A DNA stretch of 64,000 nucleotides, from assembly GCA_017450215.1 (NCBI GenBank), contig JAFSVH010000101.1, positions 1,534 to 65,533 of the forward strand. Direction: 5' to 3'. Under the pieces are notes generated by a model that ran no database searches, was not told the origin of the DNA, and saw nothing but the letters and a program-made list of their open reading frames with translations. The translations under genes and the position numbers were made by a program. The number at the start of each line of letters is the position of its first letter. Position 1 is the first letter of the stretch. This document shows positions 1 through 8,846 of this stretch, piece by piece. Source of the DNA: Bacilli bacterium (lineage in GTDB: Bacteria > Bacillota_I > Bacilli_A > ML615J-28 > CAG-698).

Positions 1-72
1 AGGACATCTACTTACAACAGAATTATAAATACGATTTAAATATTCGCTTTTATACATTTTTTCCCCTTTCAT
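1..72 (-). CDS. hypothetical protein, N-terminal fragment running off the window start (MKGEKMYKSEYLNRIYNSVVSRCP...)
   Basis: Hand translation of the minus strand from 72 is open to the window edge. A second ATG at 57 is preceded by AAAGGGGA. It lies downstream of the 195-239 terminator, so it is a separate transcription unit. Confidence 0.25.
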   Translation of the reverse strand, partial: MKGEKMYKSEYLNRIYNSVVSRCP

Positions 73-194
73 TTTTTTGATAATGCTATTAAATAGAATT
101 TGTAACACATTATCAGCATACTATTATAGTTTACTCTTTCTTTGTTATTAATTCAAGTTAATGTTACTTTTTTATCATTAAAAAGAAATTAATA

Positions 195-239
195 TGAAAA
201 AATCCTATATATTGCTTTTAGAAAGCGATATATAGGATT
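195..239 (-). terminator. Rho-independent terminator ending the 267-7387 operon
   Basis: Nested hairpin AATCCTATATAT-t-GCTTT-tag-AAAGC-g-ATATATAGGATT at 201-239. The A-run at 195-200 on plus gives a U-run after the stem on the minus strand. Confidence 0.6.
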
Positions 240-266
240 ACAAATACCATCAACAAGTATTATTCT

Positions 267-1784
267 TTATTTTACCTCATACATAGGTTTATTAATTATT
301 AAAGGTTTTTCAAAGTAAGTTTTTAATTGAGATGTTGCTTCTACTTTACCCCCATTTATTTTAAATATCATTATGTTAATACCTATGAAGTTATTCAAAT
401 CCAATTCATGAGGTAATTTATTTAATAAGACATTGATAATAAAATTGTTATTTCTATTAATTAAATGAACATAATTTTGTATTTCAATATTCAATAAACT
501 CTCATCATTCAAATCGTAATTACGCCTATAACTAACTGCTTTTCTACTAATAATAGTTTTACCACAATCATTTCTAATTGTAATAGGTATAAATGGATTT
601 ATATATTCTTTGTTTTTCCTATATCCATATAAATTAATAAAAATTGTAGTTCCATTCGCAAAAAAGTAATCATTCAAAAATCTTATTGATAATATTTCAT
701 TCGTAATATTTAATTTAAATTTAACAATTTCCTCGACATATTTTATTGCCAATGTTTCTTTTTTATATATATTTCTATTATTATCACTTAACCAAAAACT
801 TCCTAATGAAAATCTTTCAATATACTTAGTTATTTCTTCACAATGAAAAAACCTATCAACAATTGATATATTCCATTCTATACTACCAATATCTATAATA
901 TCATCATAAATGTATTTTATTTCATTTTTTGGAAAATATTTCAAAAATTGTAAAATGAAATCATCTATAAATAAATTATACAAATTAATCAAAACAGTTC
1001 TTACTTTATGAACAATTTTATATTTCACTGTATATTTATGTACTTCTTTAAAATTAATTTTAGTATAATTAAATTTCAAATAGTTATATAAATCTATAGC
1101 ATACTGCAATTTACATTTTTTTGGTTCTCTAATCATCGCAATATTTTCAGTAAATTCATAAAAATAAACAACCAATTGTATAAATGTAAAATCATAATTA
1201 AAAGTAAGAACATTGATATTGTTGTCTATATTTAAATACATATTTTTGTTAAAATCAAATTCTTTAAAAAAGTGATTTTCAGTTTTTATTTCAATTATAA
1301 AAGTTTCATTCATGAAAGAGACGTTCAATTTGTTTTCCCCTAAAAAATCTGTGAAGACTTCGTTTTGATCATAACAATCAAAATTACTCTTTACAATTTC
1401 CTTGAACTCTTCAATTTTAAAATCAGATCTTAAAATTATATCTATATCACCAAATTGTCTTTTCCAACCATTGTAAATAATTATCTCAAGTGGATATCCC
1501 TTATAAATCAAGAATTGCTGTCTATGTTCTTTTAAAGAAAATAAAAGCTTTTTAAAAAACATCAGGAAAATTAATCTATTTTCGGCAAATGAGTTTTTAA
1601 CTATTTCAATATTACTTAGATTAAATAAAGAACTTTCAACAAGCAAATCATAATAATGAATAAAAATTTTATGTTTAATTAGAAAATTAATAATATATTC
1701 AGTATTTATATCTACATTTTCATCAATATACAAAATATGGTTATTTCTAATCAATTCAAGAATAAACTTATCTTCCAATTTCAT
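267..1784 (-). CDS. nucleotidyltransferase-fold (pol-beta-type NTase) protein, 505 aa
   Basis: Six-frame ORF. Motif GWKRQFGDIDIILRSDF fits the hG[GS]...DxD NTase signature. It is the last gene of the tightly packed operon, 10 nt after the ABC gene. Confidence 0.55.
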   Translation of the reverse strand: MKLEDKFILELIRNNHILYIDENVDINTEYIINFLIKHKIFIHYYDLLVESSLFNLSNIEIVKNSFAENRLIFLMFFKKLLFSLKEHRQQFLIYKGYPLEIIIYNGWKRQFGDIDIILRSDFKIEEFKEIVKSNFDCYDQNEVFTDFLGENKLNVSFMNETFIIEIKTENHFFKEFDFNKNMYLNIDNNINVLTFNYDFTFIQLVVYFYEFTENIAMIREPKKCKLQYAIDLYNYLKFNYTKINFKEVHKYTVKYKIVHKVRTVLINLYNLFIDDFILQFLKYFPKNEIKYIYDDIIDIGSIEWNISIVDRFFHCEEITKYIERFSLGSFWLSDNNRNIYKKETLAIKYVEEIVKFKLNITNEILSIRFLNDYFFANGTTIFINLYGYRKNKEYINPFIPITIRNDCGKTIISRKAVSYRRNYDLNDESLLNIEIQNYVHLINRNNNFIINVLLNKLPHELDLNNFIGINIMIFKINGGKVEATSQLKTYFEKPLIINKPMYEVK

Positions 1785-1794
1785 TTATATTAAT

Positions 1795-3444
1795 CTATAA
1801 AAGAACTATATTATCAGCAAATGAATCAAATTGTGAGTCATGTGTGAAAACAATTATTGTTTTATCCTTTTTTAAAGTATGTATATATTCAATAATTTTT
1901 TTACTATTTTCATTATCAATTTCAGATGTTGGCTCATCTAAGATATAAACATTTGTTTCTTTAAGTAAAGTTCTTAATAAACAAATTCTTCTTTTTTCAC
2001 CTCCAGATAAATTAGAACTATTTAAATTAATAACAAAGTCCATTCCATTCTTCTCAATTAAACGAGTTAAATTTAATTCTCCTATAAGTATTTTCAATTT
2101 TTCTTCACTATAGTTATTATTCCCATATGTAACATTATCAATAAACGATCTATTAAACAATTGTATATCTTGAAATAAAACTCCTACAGAAGAAATATCA
2201 TATTCATAATTCTTTTCATCATTTATTAAAATTTCACCACTTTTTGGTGTTAATAATCCAAGCATTAATTTTATTAAGGTGCTTTTACCCTTACCACTCT
2301 CTGATTTAACAACAGTTATTTCATTACTATTGAATACTAAGTTTAAATTTTGATATATTTCTTTTTCACCATAATTGAATGATAAGTTTTTAATTTCAAT
2401 AATTGGAGATCTATCAATCTTTTTTATCCCATTCATTTTGACTTCATAATCACAAAGGTTTATCTCGAATAAACGGCTAAGTGCTTTATCCCCCTCAGCT
2501 AAAAGTTTAGCGTATCTACTAAAGCCTGATATAGGGGTATATAATTTTTGAACATATAAATAAGCAATAGTAAATGCACCAGCTGTTAAAATATTAATAT
2601 TTATCATATAAAATGTGACAAGTAAAACTAATACAATTCCAATCGTTTTAACAACACTAATTGTCGGAAAAAGTGCAGATAGGCTTTTATTAAGTTTAGT
2701 AGTTTGTTTGTACGAATCATTTAAATAGCTATTTGCCAAATACGATTCATTTTCTTCTTCTCTATTGATATGAACCATTTTTAAATTCTTTATTAATGAT
2801 AAAAAATAATTATTTGTATCGTCCGTAATTGATGAAATATAACCAGAGTATTTTTTAGTGGTATTTCCAATTTTAGTTGAAATGAAATAAACTGGAAACA
2901 CAAATATAATAGCTGTTAAAGCTACTTTCCAATTCCATACAAAGAAAATTATTATTATCCATATTACTTCTATAATATCTCTAATAAAACCATTAAATGG
3001 TGTTACAATAATTTGACTAGTGTATGTTATATCTTTAGTAATTCTAGTTATAAGATCGCCTTCTTTTAAAAATGAACTATCTGGATCATAATTATTAATT
3101 ATTTTTGCAAACATATCTTTTTGTACTGCTATTTTTATCAATAAACCAAATTGGGATACAAAATAACCAAAAGCTGTATTAAGGATTGAAACTATAATCA
3201 AAACTAAGCCAAAAATCAACAGTAGCAAAACTATTCTATTATCAAGTGCATTATATAATATTAAAGCCACTCCCGAAAGTTTATCAGGATTAGCAACCAT
3301 ATCTATAATATAACCTATCATTAAAGTTGGGATAGATGATAAAAAACCTGTTATTATCGATAACAAAATATACATTACAATTTTATATTTATTATTCTTA
3401 ATATATGGATATAAATTTTTAATACCTGTACAATTCAATTTCAT
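1795..3444 (-). CDS. ABC transporter permease/ATP-binding fusion (peptide-exporter type, no C39 peptidase domain)
   Basis: N-terminal 6-TM region. Walker A SGKGKST, signature LSGGEKRR, Walker B ILDEPTSEID. Overlaps the upstream gene by 4 nt (ATGA). Confidence 0.85.
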   Translation of the reverse strand: MKLNCTGIKNLYPYIKNNKYKIVMYILLSIITGFLSSIPTLMIGYIIDMVANPDKLSGVALILYNALDNRIVLLLLIFGLVLIIVSILNTAFGYFVSQFGLLIKIAVQKDMFAKIINNYDPDSSFLKEGDLITRITKDITYTSQIIVTPFNGFIRDIIEVIWIIIIFFVWNWKVALTAIIFVFPVYFISTKIGNTTKKYSGYISSITDDTNNYFLSLIKNLKMVHINREEENESYLANSYLNDSYKQTTKLNKSLSALFPTISVVKTIGIVLVLLVTFYMININILTAGAFTIAYLYVQKLYTPISGFSRYAKLLAEGDKALSRLFEINLCDYEVKMNGIKKIDRSPIIEIKNLSFNYGEKEIYQNLNLVFNSNEITVVKSESGKGKSTLIKLMLGLLTPKSGEILINDEKNYEYDISSVGVLFQDIQLFNRSFIDNVTYGNNNYSEEKLKILIGELNLTRLIEKNGMDFVINLNSSNLSGGEKRRICLLRTLLKETNVYILDEPTSEIDNENSKKIIEYIHTLKKDKTIIVFTHDSQFDSFADNIVLL

Positions 3445-4382
3445 TGATAATCACCTACCTCATTGATAAATTTAAATATCTTATCTAATTGGCTATAATC
3501 ATATTTATATGTTAATTTATAACCATTTATTTTATTTTTATCTATTAATTCCTTTATTTGTATAATTTCCTTATTGAGCTCACTTTTTGTTAATGTATCA
3601 TAATCATAAACATTTTTTAAAAAATAACAAAACAACTCTGATTTACTTATTTTTTCTATTATAGGAAAATCACTTAATTCATTATTTTCTAAAATAATAA
3701 AATTGTATTTAAAGCTTTTTTCTTTAACCCAATCACTATGATTGTAAATTTCTAAATTAATATATTTTTTATTCTCACCTAATAATGAACTATAGACACA
3801 ATTTGTATCTATACTATTAATAATATTTTTAAAACTATCCTCCCATAATCTTACAACTTTAGAACCTGCTAATATTTCAAAATTATTATTAAAAACTATT
3901 TTATCATCACTAATTAAACCATAATTATGATTTTTCACCAAATAAGATGCAATTGTTGACTTTCCCAATCCTGATTTTCCTATTAATGCAAAAACTTTAT
4001 TTTTATTATAAATAGCAGTACCATGTATAACAAAATTATTATTAAAACGTAAAAGACTTATCAGACCATTTCCCATAGAAATCCTATATAGCAACTCATT
4101 TCTTTCAGGAAAATCATTTTTCTTATCATAATATATTAATATATTATCTTTGTCTATTTTCATCTCAATTCCAGTCTTGTAAAAAAACACTTTTTCTTTT
4201 TTATTAGAAAATATTTTTGAAATTTTATTTTCTATTAATTCACTTTTTTCTTTATACTTAAATGCTCTTTTAGATAGCATTATTCTTATTGTTTTTGAAT
4301 ATGGGTGCTGAACAGTGTCGAAATTATTGATATTAAACTCTGTCAACACCATCATATCATATATATAGCATACATTGTCCAT
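3441..4382 (-). CDS. HPr kinase C-terminal-domain-like P-loop kinase (HprK-related)
   Basis: HGTAIYNKNKVFALIGKSGLGKSTIASYL resembles the HPrK/P P-loop. The ORF track starts at TTG 4403. I prefer ATG 4382, which is preceded by GAGGAGAAA. Confidence 0.6.
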   Translation of the reverse strand: MDNVCYIYDMMVLTEFNINNFDTVQHPYSKTIRIMLSKRAFKYKEKSELIENKISKIFSNKKEKVFFYKTGIEMKIDKDNILIYYDKKNDFPERNELLYRISMGNGLISLLRFNNNFVIHGTAIYNKNKVFALIGKSGLGKSTIASYLVKNHNYGLISDDKIVFNNNFEILAGSKVVRLWEDSFKNIINSIDTNCVYSSLLGENKKYINLEIYNHSDWVKEKSFKYNFIILENNELSDFPIIEKISKSELFCYFLKNVYDYDTLTKSELNKEIIQIKELIDKNKINGYKLTYKYDYSQLDKIFKFINEVGDYQ

Positions 4383-4555
4383 TTTCTCCTCTTCTCGAAT
4401 CAACTCTATATTTTACATTGTATTTAAAATATTCAATATCAAAGAATCACATAATAATTTTTTTAAACACAGTTATTTAAGAAATCCTACTCTAAAAAAC
4501 ATATAGCTTTATTTATATTTTACTTGAATAACCTAATTAAAAATATACATCACGA

Positions 4556-5905
4556 TTAATCTTGAGATTTAATAATATTTAGTATATTTGTCCCTTTTTG
4601 GCAATACTTTTTTCTCAATTTTAAAACGAAGTTTTTAAGTTCGGGCATTAAAATTTCATTGTGAACTTTATGAGAATTATTTACGAACAAATTTATTTCT
4701 ATAATATCAAGTAAATGTGAATAATTGTTTATAAATTCAAGAGTTTTGTTTCTATCCAAATTAGATTCACAAAAATAACCAAACAATAATGAAACATGTG
4801 TAATTATATTAAATCTTTTTAAGTTGGTTAATATTGGTACTATACTCTCAATTTTTATTTTTTTATTAAATAGCATCAACATTTTTTTTGAATATGATTC
4901 TATTCCTAAAAAAAGTTTTATACACCCTGCTTTTTTTATTATTTTTACGAATTCCTCACTTTGAAATTTAACTCCAAATCGTGTTGAAGCCATCCACGTT
5001 ATTTTTATATTTCTTTCCAATATTTCTTTAGAAAAAATTATTAAATAATTTTCATGAATAAAACTATCTACAAATTTAAATTTTTTTATTTTATATTTTT
5101 TATGAAGATATAATATTTCATCAATCAATATAGTGATTGTTTTTATATGTGAAGTCCAATTAAATTTAGATTCATAGCAAAATTCACACTTTCCATAATA
5201 GCATTTACTAGATGTCCTTATAGGAAAATAATAAAAACTATCTCTTTTATCAATATTAAAATTCAAGTCAAGCAAACTATTGTTTTGCACATCTTTTGTT
5301 GAGAAAATATGTTCTCTAAATAGATAACAGTTAGAAATATTGTCTAAAGAAAACAAGCCTTTGAATGTATATTTTTTCTCAATTACTATATTTTTAAAAA
5401 ATAAATATAAATTTTTCAAAAAAGATATATAGTTAACATATAAAAAGATGTTTTCGAACTCTATATTAGTAAATTTTGTTTTTAAGAATATTTCACCTAA
5501 AAGATAAATATTAATTCTTTCTTTATCAATTTGTTTTGCAATGACTAATGAAATAATTAAACTATCAAAATCATAAGCATATAGAAATACTATATGTTCA
5601 CTTAATGGTATTCTTTCAAAAAAATGTAATACTTGGAATACCTTATATGTTTCATCTACTAGTGTCTGAATATTTAATTCTTTGTTAAATATTATCCTAT
5701 TTTCATCGAATTTAAATAAATGTTTATACTTTGTTTTTATTATTGTAAAGGTATGTGGCGAATATAATTTAAACATATTTTCTATATTATTTATTTCCGT
5801 GATATTTATATTAAATAAATTACTTATTTTTATTAAAATCAAATAATCATAATAATATAGATTGCTCATACCATTATAAACATACAAAGAGTATTTATAA
5901 TTCAT
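4556..5905 (-). CDS. radical SAM protein with N-terminal ~230-aa domain (class-B/B12-binding-like architecture) and non-canonical CX4CX2C motif
   Basis: SSKCYYGKCEFCYES, read from the DNA as TGC TAT TAT GGA AAG TGT GAA TTT TGC. Downstream LFLGIESYSKKML resembles the GxES motif of B12-rSAM enzymes. Confidence 0.7.
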   Translation of the reverse strand: MNYKYSLYVYNGMSNLYYYDYLILIKISNLFNINITEINNIENMFKLYSPHTFTIIKTKYKHLFKFDENRIIFNKELNIQTLVDETYKVFQVLHFFERIPLSEHIVFLYAYDFDSLIISLVIAKQIDKERINIYLLGEIFLKTKFTNIEFENIFLYVNYISFLKNLYLFFKNIVIEKKYTFKGLFSLDNISNCYLFREHIFSTKDVQNNSLLDLNFNIDKRDSFYYFPIRTSSKCYYGKCEFCYESKFNWTSHIKTITILIDEILYLHKKYKIKKFKFVDSFIHENYLIIFSKEILERNIKITWMASTRFGVKFQSEEFVKIIKKAGCIKLFLGIESYSKKMLMLFNKKIKIESIVPILTNLKRFNIITHVSLLFGYFCESNLDRNKTLEFINNYSHLLDIIEINLFVNNSHKVHNEILMPELKNFVLKLRKKYCQKGTNILNIIKSQD

Positions 5906-6833
5906 ATTTATACACTATTCCCAAAACATTGTTATTATTGATTTCAGTCTTTTCATTAGAATTATCACCTTTAGTTATAATAGAATCTTTTCCTATTGAT
6001 ATTATTCTATGAACAACTAAAACTTTATTACTATTATAAAGTATTACATCTCCTTTCTTCAAATTTGTAATTTCTACTTTTTTAATCAAAATGTCATCAC
6101 CATCCTTTAAAAAAGGAGACATACTTGAGCCATAAATTTTTGTTATTATTTTCTTAGTCTTATACAATATCTTTTTAACTAATTCTACTGAGATATAAGG
6201 TAAAACATTAATATTATTAAAGACATATACCGCTTTTTTGTATGCTATATCACAGCAATTTAGTTTTTCATCTTCAGTTAAATAAAGTTTTTTTGTGAAA
6301 GCATAGATATACGCAGGACAAGCATCACATAAATTAACATAGTTGCAATTATGGCATTTTGAGTTAGGATTTTCAGTATATGCATCCAAAAAAACCCCAA
6401 TCTTTTCCCATGCTTCCGAAAATGATAATTCATTTAAATCAATTTTACAAAAATCTCCATAAAGACATGGTTTTAAGATTAAATTTGAATTAATATAAAA
6501 AGAATATCTTCCACCTCCACAATCAAAACATTTTTCACGTCTTTCATTCTTATAATCAATTTGCCAATTGTGTATTAAATTATCATCTTGTGACAACAGT
6601 ATATTTACAATTTTGCCTGAAGAACATTGAAAATCAACTATTGAATCATCTCCATTCAATGATGGCCACAAATTATAATCAAAACGAAATTCAATCTCCA
6701 TTTTTTTTGCCAATGAAGACACTTTTTCAAACATACTATAATTATAATTTGTTAAAACCATCTTTATACCAACATTAATTTCCTTTTCCTTCAACTTCTT
6801 TAAGTTATCCATAATAATATCGTATGGTTTCAA
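5895..6833 (-). CDS. SPASM-domain protein lacking a radical SAM CxxxCxxC triad, fused to a C-terminal SipW/ER-type (S26B) signal-peptidase-like domain
   Basis: Seven-Cys SPASM pattern CFDCGGG...PC...FC...C.NC....C..C. C-terminus has GSSMSPFL...GDVILYNSN...VHRIISIGKDSIITKGDNSN, matching the SM(E/S)P Ser box, the His box and the KGDNN box of SipW-type peptidases. No CxxxCxxC and no TM segment. Confidence 0.65.
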   Translation of the reverse strand: MKPYDIIMDNLKKLKEKEINVGIKMVLTNYNYSMFEKVSSLAKKMEIEFRFDYNLWPSLNGDDSIVDFQCSSGKIVNILLSQDDNLIHNWQIDYKNERREKCFDCGGGRYSFYINSNLILKPCLYGDFCKIDLNELSFSEAWEKIGVFLDAYTENPNSKCHNCNYVNLCDACPAYIYAFTKKLYLTEDEKLNCCDIAYKKAVYVFNNINVLPYISVELVKKILYKTKKIITKIYGSSMSPFLKDGDDILIKKVEITNLKKGDVILYNSNKVLVVHRIISIGKDSIITKGDNSNEKTEINNNNVLGIVYKYEL

Positions 6834-6907
6834 TAAAGGATTACATCCATAATAATCTTCATTTTTCTAAATGTATCATGTGTTTTTACCTCATTCCTTA
6901 TAACAAA

Positions 6908-7387
6908 TTACTTCTTAATTTCCAGTGTAATTGTTACTTTATCACTTGTTGAAAGTAATTCTTTTATTTTATTCTCACTTAAATTGATACGACCAAGTTT
7001 AGTAAATGACCAACTATTATTACCATAATACAAACATATTTGATTAGAATTATAAAGTACTATATCACCTGGACCTACATTCATTCTTTCATCATTACTA
7101 ACTAATGTAAATCCTAGTAAACCTGTTTGTTCAAAATTACCATATTCATGTAATTCAATAGTTAATTCATTATTAATATGATTCATTAGATCTTTTACTG
7201 ATGCATTATCATACCATATTACATCAATTACATCACTTCCAATTTTTAATATCATTTTAACCTCTTCTGCTTCTTCTTCATTATTTGTTATATCATTAGT
7301 TGGTTTCGTGTTTTCTGTATCTTCATTATTATAACTACATCCAACTAATAATAACAATAAAACAAATATTAATATTATTCTTTTCAT
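6908..7387 (-). CDS. lipoprotein, cyclophilin-like (PF04126-type) domain
   Basis: Signal peptide with lipobox LLVGC, then a D/E/N-rich linker. The domain pattern IGSDVIDVIWYDNASVKDL...GPGDIVLYNSNQICLYYG matches the cyclophilin-like family. An own promoter and RBS AGGAGA lie upstream. Confidence 0.55.
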   Translation of the reverse strand: MKRIILIFVLLLLLVGCSYNNEDTENTKPTNDITNNEEEAEEVKMILKIGSDVIDVIWYDNASVKDLMNHINNELTIELHEYGNFEQTGLLGFTLVSNDERMNVGPGDIVLYNSNQICLYYGNNSWSFTKLGRINLSENKIKELLSTSDKVTITLEIKK

Positions 7388-7443
7388 ATTGTATTTCTCC
7401 TATGTCTATTTTACCACAATATCTTTCTTTTTCCCATAGATAA

Positions 7444-7480
7444 CAAAAAAAGCCAGTCTTGTGGACTGACAGTTTTTATT
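7444..7480 (-). terminator. bidirectional hairpin terminator after the AKR operon
   Basis: CCAGTC-ttgtg-GACTG hairpin at 7453-7469, flanked by an A-run (7445-7451) and a T-run (7473-7480). Confidence 0.45.
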
Positions 7481-8321
7481 TTGCTTCATATGTAGGATGC
7501 CATTTAGCATATTCTTCAACACGATCATCATCTGCTTCATATCTACGCTTTCCTACATTTAATTTTGCCATTTTTTTCATATCATCATTATCTAACTTGA
7601 AATCAAATATATTAATATTATCTTTAATATGATCTACATTCTTAGAACCAGGAATTACAATAAATCCCATTTGATTATGCCATTTTAATACTACTTGAGC
7701 AGTTGATTTATTATGCTTTTTCGCTATACCCTTTACTATCTCACTATCAAGAAGTTCAGCAGTCATTCCTTTTCCACCTAGTGGATACCAGCTCATTATT
7801 CTAATGTTTTCTTTTTCTGTTATTTTTCTTAGATTATCTTGTGGGAAAAATGGATGACATTCAACTTGAATAACTTGAGGAATAATATCATATTCATCTA
7901 ATACTTCATTGATATGTTTTTCAAAATTAGAAATACCAATTGATTTAATTTTACCTTCTTTATAAGCTTTTACTAACTGATCATATCCATGACGCCAATT
8001 AGATGTTGCTTGATGAATAAATAATAAATCAATATAGTCTACTCCAAGTCTTTCTAGTGTTTCATCAACTGCGTTAGGATTTTCGTATTCAGAAGCCCAT
8101 AGTTTAGTAGACAAAAAGATATCTTCTCTTTTGATACCACTATCTTTCATAGCACGCCCAACTGCTCTTTCATTACAATATGCATTTGCAGTATCAATTA
8201 ACTTGTAACCTAATTTTAATGCATTTAATACACTATTATAAGCATCTTTTGGTTCAAGTAGGAATGTCCCAATTCCTACACTTGGCATTAATACATTGTT
8301 GTTTAATTTAAATTCTTTCAT
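7476..8321 (-). CDS. aldo/keto reductase (2,5-diketo-D-gluconate reductase-like)
   Basis: Motifs LMPSVGIGTF, IDTANAYCNE and IPGSKN typical of the AKR family. Confidence 0.9.
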   Translation of the reverse strand: MKEFKLNNNVLMPSVGIGTFLLEPKDAYNSVLNALKLGYKLIDTANAYCNERAVGRAMKDSGIKREDIFLSTKLWASEYENPNAVDETLERLGVDYIDLLFIHQATSNWRHGYDQLVKAYKEGKIKSIGISNFEKHINEVLDEYDIIPQVIQVECHPFFPQDNLRKITEKENIRIMSWYPLGGKGMTAELLDSEIVKGIAKKHNKSTAQVVLKWHNQMGFIVIPGSKNVDHIKDNINIFDFKLDNDDMKKMAKLNVGKRRYEADDDRVEEYAKWHPTYEAK

Positions 8322-8322
8322 C

Positions 8323-8835
8323 TTATAAATTCTCCTTTATCCATTTTTCTACTTTGTCTTTTGATTGATATACATTTGATCCAACAATGGCTAGTCCACT
8401 TTTAATTGTTGCATTTGGTGCATATTTTTTAATATCTCTTACAATACTAGCTAAGCCACTTCCTTCATGCGTTGAAAATGGCATAATTACTTTACCATCA
8501 AAATTTAATCTAGAAAGAAGAGTAAACATTGGTTGTGGTAATGTCCCCCAATATATTGGTCCACCAATAAAGATAACATCATAATTACTTATATCATCTA
8601 AATAATTCTTTAATTCTGGAAGTTCACCATTTCTTTGTTCTATCTTAGCTTCTTCAATACAAGTTCTATAATCTTTAGCATAATCGATCTTTCTTTCAAC
8701 TTTGAATAGATCAGCTCCCGTAATATCCCTAATCTCCTCCGCAACAACTTCTGTATTCCCTTTAGTGATGTACCGCATTGCACCACCAAAATAATTTTCA
8801 TCAATTCTTGAAAAATATATTACAAGTGATTTCAT
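8323..8835 (-). CDS. flavodoxin-family protein
   Basis: MKSLVIYFSRIDENYFGG N-terminus and ~170 aa flavodoxin-like fold. Stop/start adjacent to the AKR gene. Confidence 0.7.
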   Translation of the reverse strand: MKSLVIYFSRIDENYFGGAMRYITKGNTEVVAEEIRDITGADLFKVERKIDYAKDYRTCIEEAKIEQRNGELPELKNYLDDISNYDVIFIGGPIYWGTLPQPMFTLLSRLNFDGKVIMPFSTHEGSGLASIVRDIKKYAPNATIKSGLAIVGSNVYQSKDKVEKWIKENL

Positions 8836-8846
8836 TGTTTAACTCC

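Noticed and set aside
4383-4555. Precursor peptide gene in the rSAM/kinase intergenic gap
   Set aside because: The minus-strand hand translation shows only 5- and 9-codon ORFs (MYIFN*, MFFRVGFLK*), which are too short and have no RBS.
6590-6778. 62-aa plus-strand ORF
   Set aside because: It is inside and antisense to the SPASM-peptidase gene.
267-6833. Lasso-peptide cluster (because of HPrK-like kinase + nucleotidyltransferase)
   Set aside because: It has no asparagine-synthetase-like cyclase and no transglutaminase-like B protein. rSAM and SPASM proteins are present instead.
5895-6833. Gene interpreted as a 5'-truncated pseudogene of an rSAM-SPASM maturase
   Set aside because: The reading frame is intact with its own start codon, only 74 nt from the upstream gene, and it carries a complete peptidase fusion. 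The rSAM core it would need is encoded by a separate, differently organised downstream gene. An intact pseudo-rSAM/SPASM protein is more parsimonious.
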